Positions 50,044 through 60,344 of a stretch of DNA of 64,000 nucleotides are shown here, piece after piece. The number at the start of each line of letters is the position of its first letter. Within the stretch, counting starts at the first letter, position 1. The notes under the pieces were generated by a model, which had not been told where the DNA came from, made no database searches, and saw nothing but the letters and a program-made list of their open reading frames with translations. A program made the translations under genes and the position numbers. The DNA comes from Candidatus Latescibacterota bacterium. Its GTDB lineage: Bacteria > Latescibacterota > UBA2968 > GCA-2709665. Where the stretch lies: positions 1,856,001 through 1,920,000 of the forward strand of contig OZ250150.1 in assembly GCA_965237675.1 (NCBI GenBank), given 5' to 3'.

Positions 50044-51120
50044 TTACCGGATCGTAGCGGCGATATACCGCTCGCCGTCGGGCTCGTCGTCGTAATAATA
50101 TGCCGAAACGACGCTGCCGTCCGGCCGCTGCACCGCCCTTGGATATCCGACGTCGTGGTCTCCGCCGTCGTCCCGCAGGATCACGGGGTTACCCCACGTC
50201 GCGCCCTTGTCTTCGCTCAACACCGCGCGCAGCCCCGAGGGTGCATCCCGGTATCCGTATATCAGACACAAACCCCCGCCGGCAAGCTGGACCATCGCGG
50301 GCGGGTTGCCGCCGGTCCCGGTTTTTGCCACCGGCCGGTTCAGATAGCGCCAGTTCACGCCGTTGTCGTCCGAGCAGTACAGGTCGATCCAGTTGCCGCC
50401 CTTGTCCGGCCCATGGCTGCCTCCCCGGCATCGCACGGCCACCAGGATGCGGCCGCCTGGAAGCCGCACGCTGGCCGGCATGATGGCGAAACCCTCCGGT
50501 TCGTCCCCGATCCACGAAACGAACTCGAACGTCCTGCCGCCGTCCGCGGTTCGGGCGCAAAACACCCTTCCCTCGCGTCCGTTGGACTTGGCCGACGTCA
50601 GGAAAAACGTGCAGGTGTCCTTTCCGTCCACGAGGTAATCCGTCCGCGCCGCGATGCCCGGCAGTCCGAACATGGGCAGACCGAACGGTCCGTCCCAGGA
50701 TCGGCACCGGTCCGTCGAGGTGTAGAACCAGGACCGTGCGCCCGCCGCGAGTCCCGTCCGTGCGCACATCAGCGCAAAATCCGGATGGGTGAAATCGATC
50801 CCTTGGGGGCACCCCTGAGGCAACGCGACCGCCGCCTCGATTTCCAGGGAACGGTTCATATGCTCGTTCGCCGAAACACCCTTGTTTCCGGGCGCCGCGA
50901 TCGGCATCGGTTCAACCGACCAGGTCTGGCCTCCGTCGAGACTCCGGGCCTGCATCGTTTCGAAAGGCCGGTCCCGGTCCCGACGGTGAAATCCACCGTC
51001 CGACTTGTGATAGCCCAACGTGAACCCCACCACGATCTCGTCTCCCCAGGACCAGATCCCGTAGTTCGCAGGCCACCCGGCGTATCGCCCCTTCTCCCTG
51101 TATACGACCACGTGCTCCAT
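50044..51120 (-). CDS. Sialidase/BNR (Asp-box) family protein
   Basis: Asp boxes SLDGGQTW, STDRCRSW, TADGGRTF, SDDNGVNW, SEDKGATW; DVGYP. Confidence 0.88.
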   Translation of the reverse strand: MEHVVVYREKGRYAGWPANYGIWSWGDEIVVGFTLGYHKSDGGFHRRDRDRPFETMQARSLDGGQTWSVEPMPIAAPGNKGVSANEHMNRSLEIEAAVALPQGCPQGIDFTHPDFALMCARTGLAAGARSWFYTSTDRCRSWDGPFGLPMFGLPGIAARTDYLVDGKDTCTFFLTSAKSNGREGRVFCARTADGGRTFEFVSWIGDEPEGFAIMPASVRLPGGRILVAVRCRGGSHGPDKGGNWIDLYCSDDNGVNWRYLNRPVAKTGTGGNPPAMVQLAGGGLCLIYGYRDAPSGLRAVLSEDKGATWGNPVILRDDGGDHDVGYPRAVQRPDGSVVSAYYYDDEPDGERYIAATIR

Positions 51121-51364
51121 ACCTCGTCCTCCAGGTCTTGTCCTGTTGTCAACGGGTGTCACTTTGGATCATGGATCGGGCCATCAGCGAATTGAAGACG
51201 GGTCGAAGGCCTACCCCCGGTCTTTTCGTTGCTTCATTGGGGAGTTGAAGGAAGTTCCAATACGAACCCGGCCAAAACCGGCTTGTGCACAGTCCCCGGC
51301 GGTATTATTCTATACTGGTCGCGTCATTCAGATTCCGGCGCTCGCCGCGTCCGGACCCGACTTG

Positions 51365-51526
51365 GAAGCCGTTTTAAAATCCCCGGTGTGTTCCCGAGCG
51401 CGAGCGAAAACGTGTCGGCCCAGGCGGACGAAGCCGCCCGCATCTATCGATACAGGTGGGTTTGGCCAACGCAGACCGACGCTTTTGCAGCCGCGCGAAG
51501 ACCACCGAGGGTTTTAAGACAGCTTC
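51365..51526. mobile_element. MITE-like element with 24-bp imperfect terminal inverted repeats
   Basis: GAAGCCGTTTTAAAATCCCCGGTG (51365-51388) versus CACCGAGGGTTTTAAGACAGCTTC (51503-51526); right end recurs at 60650-60691. Confidence 0.65.
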
Positions 51527-51546
51527 TCAAGAGAAAGGACTCCTTG

Positions 51547-52191
51547 ATGAACACATTGCAACTCGCGGCGCCTTCCAATGCCTTTGTCCTGTTCAACGGC
51601 AAGGACCTGAGTAACTGGACCGCACTGGACGGCGGCGAACCCGGCTGGACCGTGGAAGACGGCATCCTCCAGGTCGTGTCCCGGTCCGGGGATATCGTAC
51701 ATACCGAATCCCTTACTGATTTCTGCCTTCACCTGGAATTCCGATGCCCGGACATGCCCGACGCCACGGGACAGGCCAAAGGCAACAGCGGGGTTTTCCT
51801 CCAGGGCCTCTATGAGATCCAGGTTCTGGATTCCTCGGGCGTCAACATTCCCGGTACCGGCGATTGCGGCGCCTTCTACGATCAGTCGGCCCCCCTCGTG
51901 AACGCCTGCAAACCGGCAATGGAATGGCAGTCGTACGACATCTGCTTCCGTGCGCCCCGCCTGGACGGCGCAGGGGAAGTCAGCGAACAGGCCCGCGCCA
52001 CCGTACTTCAAAACGGCATCGTCATCCACAACAACGTACAGGTTTCAGGCCCCACCGGTTCCGCTTCCAGTATGGCGGTTGAAACCTCCGGCCCGCTGCG
52101 CCTGCAGGACCACAAGGATCGGGTGGCCTATCGAAATATCTGGGCCGTGCCGCTTCCGCTCAAAGGATCGGATACCTACGAACCGAGTTAG
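51547..52191 (+). CDS. DUF1080 (3-keto-disaccharide hydrolase-like) protein
   Basis: LFNGKDLSNW, LHLEFR, GNSGVF, YEIQVLD, LQDH..V.YRNIW. Confidence 0.92.
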   Translation: MNTLQLAAPSNAFVLFNGKDLSNWTALDGGEPGWTVEDGILQVVSRSGDIVHTESLTDFCLHLEFRCPDMPDATGQAKGNSGVFLQGLYEIQVLDSSGVNIPGTGDCGAFYDQSAPLVNACKPAMEWQSYDICFRAPRLDGAGEVSEQARATVLQNGIVIHNNVQVSGPTGSASSMAVETSGPLRLQDHKDRVAYRNIWAVPLPLKGSDTYEPS

Positions 52192-52279
52192 CCTGGAATC
52201 GTCGGGACGGAGAACAAAGGGCCGGGTGACACGTCCAGTACCGGACAACGAAACCGCCCGCACATAGAGACGGTCCAGT

Positions 52280-52876
52280 ATGAATGACACCATCGACCTG
52301 AGCAGCCTGGAGAAAGACCCCCGCCTGCTCAGGTTCGCCCTGAACGGAAGCTGCGTCGAGGGCCCCACGTTTGAAACCTGGAGGCGGGCCCGGTCCTTCA
52401 TTGCTTCAGCGATCCACCGCCCTGGAACGCTGCTGGATATCGGCTGTGCCAACGGTTTCCTGCTGCGGTGTCTCACGGAATGGTCCAACCACGAACTCAC
52501 CCCGTTCGGCATCGACGCCAGCGCCGGCAGGGCCGGGGATACCGAACGTTTCTTCCCCTCACAGCGCGACCATTTCGCCCGTCTTCCGGTCGAACGCCTG
52601 GGCGAAATCGGTTCTCGCGGCCTCCCGCAAGAGTACGACTTCATTTACTGGGCGATCTGGGACAATTACCGGTTCGACCGTCCGGACCGAATCGATCTCC
52701 TCAAATGCGCCCTCGAAAACGTGAAAGACGACGGACGGCTGATTCTGGGCTTTTACGACCGCGAGCCGGTCACTATCGAAAACAAAATCGCCCAGATCCA
52801 AGACCTCAACCTGGGGCATGCCGTCCGCGCGGCGAATCCGAACGGCCCGCAGGTACTGCTTCGTTTATCAAAATAG
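52280..52876 (+). CDS. Class I SAM-dependent methyltransferase
   Basis: LLDIGCANGFLL, FGID, YDFIY, DGRLILG. Confidence 0.8.
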   Translation: MNDTIDLSSLEKDPRLLRFALNGSCVEGPTFETWRRARSFIASAIHRPGTLLDIGCANGFLLRCLTEWSNHELTPFGIDASAGRAGDTERFFPSQRDHFARLPVERLGEIGSRGLPQEYDFIYWAIWDNYRFDRPDRIDLLKCALENVKDDGRLILGFYDREPVTIENKIAQIQDLNLGHAVRAANPNGPQVLLRLSK

Positions 52877-53128
52877 CTTACATCGGTGAGAGGGGAGACG
52901 GTAGACGTGAGACGGAAGAGGTCCGCCCCTCCCGCCGCACCGGTTACGCATTGTTTTGTTATAGACGGTTTTTTGCGGACCTTACGCCGAGACGTGGGCG
53001 ATTCGCGAATCGCCCCTACAAATACAACAACGGCGCCGACAGTTTGGGTGTTCATGTTTCGCAGTGTGGTTTTCGGCCTTTGCCTTTAGCTGACCGCTGA
53101 CGACTGACTGCTGAAAGCTGCTTCCCAT

Positions 53129-53593
53129 TCACCCTTTGATCACGTCCTCGTATTCCTGGAACATCTCGATGCTGATCCCGTCAGGATCCAGCGCATACAT
53201 GGCGCGGGCAACGACCACCCCGTCGCGGTCCACGTCCGCGGGCGGATTGATGGAACCGAACCCCGCGTCCTTCAGCCGCGCATGCATCGCATCCACGTCG
53301 TCCACCTCGAACGCCACGTGCGACGCGCCCAGAAATCGGTTCTCCTGGGGCCGCGCTTCGACTTGTGGATGAACGTATTGCACGAGTTCCAGAATAAACT
53401 CGTTTACGGGATGACGCAGAATCGCAATCATCAGATGCACCCGGTCGTACCCCAGAATCGTATCGTACGAGGGCAGATCCTTACGTTCCGATATCCGCAC
53501 GAGTTCCATCCCGAGCAGATACCGGTAGAACGAGACCGAACGCTCCAGGTCCGATACCGTAAATCCGTGATGGTGCCCCATTACAATGCCCAT
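53129..53593 (-). CDS. VOC (glyoxalase) family protein
   Basis: HHGFTVSDLERSVSFY, LELVQY, HVAFEVDDVD, DPDGISIE. Confidence 0.9.
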   Translation of the reverse strand: MGIVMGHHHGFTVSDLERSVSFYRYLLGMELVRISERKDLPSYDTILGYDRVHLMIAILRHPVNEFILELVQYVHPQVEARPQENRFLGASHVAFEVDDVDAMHARLKDAGFGSINPPADVDRDGVVVARAMYALDPDGISIEMFQEYEDVIKG

Positions 53594-53928
53594 GTCTCTT
53601 CGCTCCCTGAAGGTCGACGACCGCTCCGGCGCCGGGTACCGGCTCCCGCGAGTGCGGCGCAAACGGTAACAATGCCAGGTTCATTTCGTCAAGCCGTCCG
53701 GCAAGTGCACGTCCGATTTGATAAATATAACATCGGGCGTTATAATTACAACACCCGTTGGACTCGGAGTGTTGTTCGTGTCGATTCAGGGAACTCGCGG
53801 ACCACGACGGTCGTCTATACTGAGCCAGTCACGGTGATCCGTCGACTGTTCGGAATCCAACCGATCCGCCCTATCGTCGGGCCGCCGCCGGCCCGGTCCG
53901 TTCTCACACCGTTTCAAGGAGTCAGTCT

Positions 53929-54366
53929 ATGCGCACCCGATGCACGCTCGCCGTTGCAGCCCTTACCCTTTTACTCACCGCCGGGCCCGGTCACGCAGGT
54001 ACCGTAGCGGTGGATGGCCAGGGCGACCCGGCTCTTTACGTCGTGAAGGTACACGCCGACTGGTGCGGCACCTGTACGGCCCTGGTACCCGTCCTCGAGG
54101 AGGTCCGGACGTCTCTTGCGGACAAGCCCGTCCTCTTTCTTGAACTGGACGTGACCGACGCGAAACGCACCGCCCAATCCCGCCTGCTGGCCGCCGCCCT
54201 GGGCATCGAGGAGCACTTCAAGGCCAACAACAGGACGGGCCTCATCCTGCTCATCGATCCCGCCAGGAAGGCCGTCGTGGAAACTCTGACCCGCAAGAAT
54301 CCCGCAGAGGAGATGACCGGCAAAATCATGGGCCACATCGCCGCAAGCGGAAAGACGTGCGAGTGA
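53929..54366 (+). CDS. Secreted thioredoxin-domain protein
   Basis: Signal peptide; HADWCGTC. Confidence 0.85.
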   Translation: MRTRCTLAVAALTLLLTAGPGHAGTVAVDGQGDPALYVVKVHADWCGTCTALVPVLEEVRTSLADKPVLFLELDVTDAKRTAQSRLLAAALGIEEHFKANNRTGLILLIDPARKAVVETLTRKNPAEEMTGKIMGHIAASGKTCE

Positions 54367-54400
54367 GGAACCAGCGTCTCCTTCGAATAGGAATTCCAGA

Positions 54401-55468
54401 ATGATTATCAAGAAAATCACTTCGACGACCGTCAGTATCCCCTATGCCGCGCCCGTCGGCCCGTACGTGGGTCGAGGCGCGGGCGGCGGCACGCTGGGTG
54501 GGACCGGCCTTATTGTCAGAATCGAAGCCGACACGGGACTTGTAGGCTGGGGCGAGGGCACCGGCGGTTTCGAATCGGACCCCAACGCGATCCTCGCGGG
54601 CAGCCACGTCGCCGACATCGAAAAGGCGATCGGCCTGATGGAAGACGCGGGTATCCCCCGAGGTCCGATGTCGGGCGTTGAAATGGCGCTCTGGGACCTC
54701 CTGGGCAAACACGCGGGCCTGCCGCTGTGCCGCCTGATGGGCGGCGTTGTCCGAACCGAGGTCGACTTCACCGCCTGCATGGGCCTGAAAGAGCCCGAAC
54801 AGTCCGCCGCCACCGCGCGCGAATACATCGACCGATGGGGGTTCCGCTTCATCAAGACAAAGGCTGGCAACGACCCCGCGCAGGATCTGTCCATTGCCGA
54901 AGCGGCGCAGAAGGAGATCGGGGACGAAGCCGTATTCCGTCCGGATGCGAACGGTGGATACCCCCCGGAAGAGACACTGGACATTATGAAAAAAATGGCG
55001 GATCTGGGCGTCCGCCACTTTGAAGACCCGTGCCACACCGAGCACGTGGAAACGCTGGCGCGTGTGCGGGCCGAAGTCGGCACTCACGTCCTGGTGAACG
55101 GCGGGGTGACCCTGCCCGATAGCATCCGGCCTTTTCTGGAAGCCGGCTGCGCCGACTCCCTTATGCCGGATACGCCGGCCGCCGGCGCACTGTTGCGCGT
55201 GAGAAAAATCGCCGATGCGGCCGAACCATGGGCTGTCCCGTGCCTGATGCACTGCTCGCACGACCTGGGCCTCAAGACCGCCGCGATCACCCATATTGCG
55301 GCTTCAACACCCAACTTCTCCGGTCCCAACGACACGTGCTACCACGGTCTCGTCGACGATATTCTGACCGAGCCCTTGAGGTTTGAAAACGGCCGGCTGA
55401 AAGTCCCCCTCGGCCCCGGCCTGGGCGTGGAAGTCGACGAATCCAGGATCGAAAGGTACCGCGTCTGA
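54401..55468 (+). CDS. Mandelate racemase/muconate lactonizing enzyme family
   Basis: GLVGWGE, EMALWDLLGK, KTK, DANGG, EDP, GPGLGVE. Confidence 0.92.
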   Translation: MIIKKITSTTVSIPYAAPVGPYVGRGAGGGTLGGTGLIVRIEADTGLVGWGEGTGGFESDPNAILAGSHVADIEKAIGLMEDAGIPRGPMSGVEMALWDLLGKHAGLPLCRLMGGVVRTEVDFTACMGLKEPEQSAATAREYIDRWGFRFIKTKAGNDPAQDLSIAEAAQKEIGDEAVFRPDANGGYPPEETLDIMKKMADLGVRHFEDPCHTEHVETLARVRAEVGTHVLVNGGVTLPDSIRPFLEAGCADSLMPDTPAAGALLRVRKIADAAEPWAVPCLMHCSHDLGLKTAAITHIAASTPNFSGPNDTCYHGLVDDILTEPLRFENGRLKVPLGPGLGVEVDESRIERYRV

Positions 55469-55550
55469 TACCCCTTCGACCTCCGGTGTGGATCGTATCC
55501 GGGACGGCATCGGTCCCGTTGTCTCTTCATATCATGTGGAAAGGCGTGGC

Positions 55551-56390
55551 ATGGGCACCTTACGGGTCGACGACCGCGACTGGTCCGCACTGACCCTGGG
55601 CGAACGCATCCGCCAGATCGAACTCGACGGATACGTCGTCCTGCCGAATCTGCTCACCCCGGAGCATGTCGCCGCGGTCAAGTCGGAGACTGCAAAATTG
55701 GAAACCCGCGCGGTGGACTACAGCGTCCACCAGCAGGTCTGTCCGAATATACAGTTCACCGGCGGCCCGATCACCGAACTCATCGCACATCCACCCACCC
55801 TCGCCTTCCTCAACGACCTCTTCGGCGGCGAAACCATCGTCATGTCCTACACCTACGCCCGCTCCGAGCCCGGTCACCCCGGTATCAGCCTCCATACCGA
55901 CGGCCAGCCCTACGGCTCCCGGATTTTCGGGTACGGCGGCAGCGTACCGTTTATGGTCCGGGTGCTCTATTACCTGGACGATCTCACGCGGGACGTCTCG
56001 CCCTTCCGGGTTATCCCTCGCTCCCATCTGTCGATGCATACCGACGCCAACCCGTACAAACGCTACGGGGACCATCCCGAACAGGTCATGGTCCCCGTAA
56101 ATACAGGCGGCGCCGTTCTGATCAACCACAAAGTCTTCCACGGGAACTTCCCCAACACCGGCGCCCATGCCCGTGAAATGCTCGCTATTGCCTACCGCCC
56201 CGCGTGGGCCGGCCCCATTGCCGACGTGCCCGCGTGGAACGACGCCGACCTCGCCACCCTGCCCGAATCCGTGCGTCCCCTGTTTGCCGATCCCAACACC
56301 CGCCACTGGGACTTCCACGGCGGCAACAAACCTGCCAACATGGCCCGCGAGGCGCCCGGCCTCAACCCCAGCCGCTGGGATCGCCGGTAG
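55551..56390 (+). CDS. Phytanoyl-CoA dioxygenase family protein
   Basis: DGYVVL, LHTD, IPRSH, VFHG, REMLAIAY. Confidence 0.88.
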   Translation: MGTLRVDDRDWSALTLGERIRQIELDGYVVLPNLLTPEHVAAVKSETAKLETRAVDYSVHQQVCPNIQFTGGPITELIAHPPTLAFLNDLFGGETIVMSYTYARSEPGHPGISLHTDGQPYGSRIFGYGGSVPFMVRVLYYLDDLTRDVSPFRVIPRSHLSMHTDANPYKRYGDHPEQVMVPVNTGGAVLINHKVFHGNFPNTGAHAREMLAIAYRPAWAGPIADVPAWNDADLATLPESVRPLFADPNTRHWDFHGGNKPANMAREAPGLNPSRWDRR

Positions 56391-56551
56391 GGGTAATCCG
56401 AAGTCGAAAACCGACGACCCGTCAACCGGTTTCGCATCCCCGCGTCGAACGGGAATCCGTGCGGGTCTCCGATCGGACTCACCTTCCCCTTACGAGACGT
56501 TTGTCGCGGCTCTATGCATCTCAAGTGACCGAACTCGTGTTTCCCCCGCAT

Positions 56552-57439
56552 TCATGTCTGCGGGTTCCAGTCCGCCCCCAAGGCATCGAACTGGCTGTAA
56601 AAAGAATCCAACACGGCGTCGGCGAGAGGTCCCTTTGCCGTCAGTTCCAGGTTATCCCGGGCATGATCCGGATTCGTCGTTCCCACAATCGCCGTATCGA
56701 TGGCATCCTGTGAAAGCGTGAAACGCAGCGAAAGCTCGATGGGATCCTCGGGGGCTCCCTCAGGAATTTCGAGCTGCCGCGCCCGCTCCCAGTAGGCATC
56801 GGCGTAACCGTACGGCGACGCCGCCTGCCCGATCGCTCCGTTGGCTATCGGCCTCTTGGCGATCACGCCCATCTCCGCATCCCGTGCCTCCGGAAGCACC
56901 TCGGCGCGGGCGTGCTGATCCACCACATTGAACGACGTCTGCAGCGTGCTGAACACCCCCATCCGTATGGCCACCAGAGCGTCCTCCCCGTCGCCGCTAT
57001 ACCCCACGTACCGCGTCTTTCCCGCTTCCTTCGCCCGCATCACAGCGTCTACGGCCTCTCCCGCCCTGAGCACGTCCGCCGAACAGGTGTGGAGTTGGAC
57101 CAGGTCGACGTGGTCCGTCCTCAGCCGCTGCAACGACCGGTCGATGCTCTCCTCGATCACGGCGCGCGACCAGGGCTCGCCAGTTGCGTCTCCGGTCACG
57201 TGGCCGCACTTCGTGGCCAGCACGTATTCGTGCCGCCGCCCACCGATGTACCGGCCGATCAGTTCCTCGCTGTCGTGATAGCACGCCGCGGTGTCGATCA
57301 ACGTGATCCCGTCGTCCAGCAGCCGGTTCAGCACCCTTCCCACCCGATCGGGTTTTACGTCTTCAAGTCCGATCCTGGCGCCTCCGAAACCCAGGCGTGT
57401 GACTTCCATGTCCGTCCTGCCAAGCGTACGTTTCTCCAT
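56552..57439 (-). CDS. Aldo/keto reductase
   Basis: MEKRTLGRT, IDTAACY..SEELIG, LATKCG, SLQRLRTDHVDLVQLH. Confidence 0.92.
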   Translation of the reverse strand: MEKRTLGRTDMEVTRLGFGGARIGLEDVKPDRVGRVLNRLLDDGITLIDTAACYHDSEELIGRYIGGRRHEYVLATKCGHVTGDATGEPWSRAVIEESIDRSLQRLRTDHVDLVQLHTCSADVLRAGEAVDAVMRAKEAGKTRYVGYSGDGEDALVAIRMGVFSTLQTSFNVVDQHARAEVLPEARDAEMGVIAKRPIANGAIGQAASPYGYADAYWERARQLEIPEGAPEDPIELSLRFTLSQDAIDTAIVGTTNPDHARDNLELTAKGPLADAVLDSFYSQFDALGADWNPQT

Positions 57440-57697
57440 CGCGAACCCTCCATTAAGAGCGTGAGACGTAAGAAGGAAGACGTAAGAGGACCACCCCGGC
57501 ACCCGGCGGTCTTTCGCGCTTTGCCTTGCCTGACGTCTCCCGTCTTCCCTCTTGCTTCTCACCGAATTAAATGCGGATCTGATGCGAAGTCTTGTGTCCC
57601 TTCTCCACCCGAAATCCGGCCCGACCGCACTGCGAAACGGAAAGATAAGGTCAACGTAAGGGAAATGCAAGAGGTTACCCGTTAATCCCGTTTTGGG

Positions 57698-57726
57698 TTG
57701 ACAGCAAAGCCCACTTGCGTTAGGTT
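57698..57726 (+). promoter_or_regulatory. Putative sigma-70 promoter
   Basis: TTGACA-N17-TAGGTT upstream of the dioxygenase at 57843. Confidence 0.5.
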
Positions 57727-57842
57727 TGGATATCGCGTTATACGCAGGCTGAAAACCGCGGGAACAAAGGGCTCATCCCCTCGTTGCGCCCGCCCCCGAG
57801 CCCGGGGGTCCGGAAACCCGCACCTGCCCGGAGGAGACACCG

Positions 57843-58709
57843 ATGGAACAGACCCGTGAACGGGCCGCCTTCGACAATTACGTCAACGACGGCGGCTATA
57901 CCGAGGACCTTTACGAATTTCACGAAATCGACGAGGGTGTCGAGAGCCTCGACGCCGCGACCGGTGCGGACGTGGAACATTTCCATCAGAATGGCTATCT
58001 GGCCATCAGGAACGCGTTTACGAGCGCCGAAGTCGACGACATGCTCAGCGGCCTCATGGATCTCATCAAGGGGAAAAACCCGGAATTCAAAGGCGTGCAG
58101 TTCGAAGCCAGCTACAAGGACAGGCTGCACGCGCTTTCAGACGACGAGCGGTGGGACGCCGTGCGAAAGCTCCAGTATTTCATGGGCTACGACCACCGCC
58201 TGACCGCTCTGGCCGAACACCCGAAAATCCTGGACATCATGGCCCGGATCATCGGCGAAGAACCGGCGCTCTATTCGCACCAGGCCATTCTCAAACCACC
58301 CAGGGTGGGGCGCGAAAAACCCTGGCACCAGGACCACGCCTATTTCAATCTGCCCATGGGCACCCCCATCGTGAGCATGTGGATTTCCCTGGACAGGGCC
58401 ACGCCCGAAAACGGCTGCATGCGGGTGATCCCCGGCACCCACCTACAGGGTCCCAGAGTTCATTTCAAGCGCCGCGACTGGCAGATCTGCGATACGCACC
58501 TGGTCCGGGACCACGTCGTGGCGGTCCCGCTCGAACCGGGCGGCTGCCTCATCTGGTCCGGTATGATTCATCACGGCACCCCGGCCAACACCACGTCCTA
58601 CAGGCGCCGGGCCATCCAACTCCACTATTGTCCCGCGCGTGTGAAAGCAACCACGTCACAGGAACGCCTGGCCGTATTCGGCAGCGAGGGAAAAGACGTC
58701 ACCTGCTGA
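57843..58709 (+). CDS. Phytanoyl-CoA dioxygenase family protein
   Basis: KPP..GREKPWHQD, WISLD.AT.ENGCM.VIPGTH, IHHGT..N....RRA.Q.HY. Confidence 0.92.
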   Translation: MEQTRERAAFDNYVNDGGYTEDLYEFHEIDEGVESLDAATGADVEHFHQNGYLAIRNAFTSAEVDDMLSGLMDLIKGKNPEFKGVQFEASYKDRLHALSDDERWDAVRKLQYFMGYDHRLTALAEHPKILDIMARIIGEEPALYSHQAILKPPRVGREKPWHQDHAYFNLPMGTPIVSMWISLDRATPENGCMRVIPGTHLQGPRVHFKRRDWQICDTHLVRDHVVAVPLEPGGCLIWSGMIHHGTPANTTSYRRRAIQLHYCPARVKATTSQERLAVFGSEGKDVTC

Positions 58710-58735
58710 AGCTCGATCAGCTCCGCACGTACCAT

Positions 58736-58776
58736 CGAAAAAGCCCCGGTGAAGATGTCTCCCGGGGCCTTTTTCG
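58736..58776 (+). terminator. Intrinsic terminator, possibly bidirectional
   Basis: CGAAAAAGCCCCGG...CCGGGGCCTTTTTCG about 27 nt after the stop codon. Confidence 0.7.
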
Positions 58777-58825
58777 CCTTTGTCGCATCGTGCCCGTCGC
58801 AACGTGGTCATTGCCTGCGTTGCCT

Positions 58826-58930
58826 GCGCTGAGCTTGTCGAAGCGAGCTTGTCGAAATGTCCACGTTGCGCTACCTGTTCGGTGCCTTTGGGCAGCCCTT
58901 CGCCGACCCTTCGACAGGCTCAGGGCACCG
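58826..58930. repeat. REP-like palindromes of the same family as 2315-2425
   Basis: CTGAGCTTGTCGAAG, GAGCTTGTCGAAA and inverse CCTTCGACAGGCTCAGG. Confidence 0.7.
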
Positions 58931-59022
58931 GCTCGGGGCAGGGCTTACGGACCACCGACTCGGCGGCCGTATTTCGGCAATCTATCTCCGGGAATGAACA
59001 CCAGCGCGCTTCGTCCCATCAC

Positions 59023-59853
59023 ATGGACACCAAACTCCACATCCTGCTCCGAATCCTGTTAGGCGGCGTGGCCCTCTACCTCGTCTATGCCGCCATCCTC
59101 TTCTTCACGCAGCGCCGTATCGTCTTTCCCCGCAAACTGATCGGGCCGTCCCCGCCCGACCTGTCAGATGCGTCCGAAATGGAACGCATCTGGTTGGATA
59201 CTCGAGCCGGCAGAACCGAGTCGTGGCTGCTCCCGTCGAAAGCGGACGCGCGGCCCGGGCCCGCGGTCATCTTCGCCCACGGCAACGCGGAACTCATCGA
59301 CCACTGGGCCGGCGAAATGACGGCCTTCACCCGTCTCGGATTCGCGGTCCTGCTTGTCGAATATCCCGGTTACGGGCGCTCCGATGGGTCGCCCACCCAG
59401 GCCAGCGTCACGGAAACCTTAGTCACCGCCTACGACATGCTGGCCGCCCGCGAGGATGTGGACACAAACCGCATCGTTTTCATGGGCCGCTCGCTCGGAG
59501 GGGGCGCCGTGTGCGCGCTTGCGGCCGAACGCTCTCCGGCGGCGCTCATCCTGCTGTCCACGTTCAAGAGCATCAGCGCCGTGGCCGTGGAGAAATACTA
59601 CGTGCCCGGATTCTTCGCTCGCGATTCGTTCGACAATCTGACAATGCTGGGCGGCTATGCCGGCCCCGTTCTCATCGCCCACGGCACGCGGGACAACGTA
59701 ATTCCGTACAGCCATGGCGTCGCCCTGCACCGCGCGGCCAGACGTAGCCGCCTCATCACGTATGAAGCCGGGCATAACAACTGCCCGCCCGATTGGCCGG
59801 CCTTCTGGCGCGAGGTCGAACGCTTTTTGCGCGATGAAGGAATTGTCCCGTAA
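59023..59853 (+). CDS. Membrane-anchored alpha/beta hydrolase
   Basis: N-terminal TM helix, HGNAE, EYPGYG.S.G, GRSLGG, HGTRD, GHN. Confidence 0.9.
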   Translation: MDTKLHILLRILLGGVALYLVYAAILFFTQRRIVFPRKLIGPSPPDLSDASEMERIWLDTRAGRTESWLLPSKADARPGPAVIFAHGNAELIDHWAGEMTAFTRLGFAVLLVEYPGYGRSDGSPTQASVTETLVTAYDMLAAREDVDTNRIVFMGRSLGGGAVCALAAERSPAALILLSTFKSISAVAVEKYYVPGFFARDSFDNLTMLGGYAGPVLIAHGTRDNVIPYSHGVALHRAARRSRLITYEAGHNNCPPDWPAFWREVERFLRDEGIVP

Positions 59854-59923
59854 GTGCGGCTCTGGTCGTGCATGGACGGTTCGGGTTCCTATGGCAGACT
59901 TCGCCTGACTAATTCACAAAAAA

Positions 59924-60176
59924 GGACCTCTCCCCCCGGCCCCCTCTCCTGCGAGGAGAGGGGGAGTCGAACGAAGTGGCGCGTAAACAATGTTTTATAC
60001 AACCTCTGATTGATTGGAGAACGCCATCTCGTCACTTTTCCAAGCGCAACTCGCCGACCAATCACGATATTTCGCACGGATTTTTTCGTCAATCGAAACG
60101 TCTTCATCCAATCCAACCGTTCATCAGCCGATCACAGTTCCCCCTTCCTCTCAGGAAGGGGGTTAGGGGGTAGGTC
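59924..60176. repeat. Composite REP-bounded dispersed repeat, copy B
   Basis: Same ends and internal CTCTGATTGAT.GGA.AACGCCATCTCG block as 37691-37871, with a longer interior. Confidence 0.75.
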
Positions 60177-60344
60177 TCGTCTGTTTCAGACTATCCAAAT
60201 CCAGAATGTATCACACATTGGGATTCGCTTTCTCTATTCACTTGGAAGCTGTTTCTGCTTCGTGAAACTGCAGTCCGTGACAATTCATGAAATTATTCAG
60301 GTTAGGGGGAGTTGACAAGCACGCTACAGCAGAAAGGACTGACC

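Noticed and set aside
57727-57842. c-di-AMP (ydaO) riboswitch
   Set aside because: Only partial resemblance (GCTGAA, CCCGAGCCCG); the conserved CAGCTAAC segment is absent.
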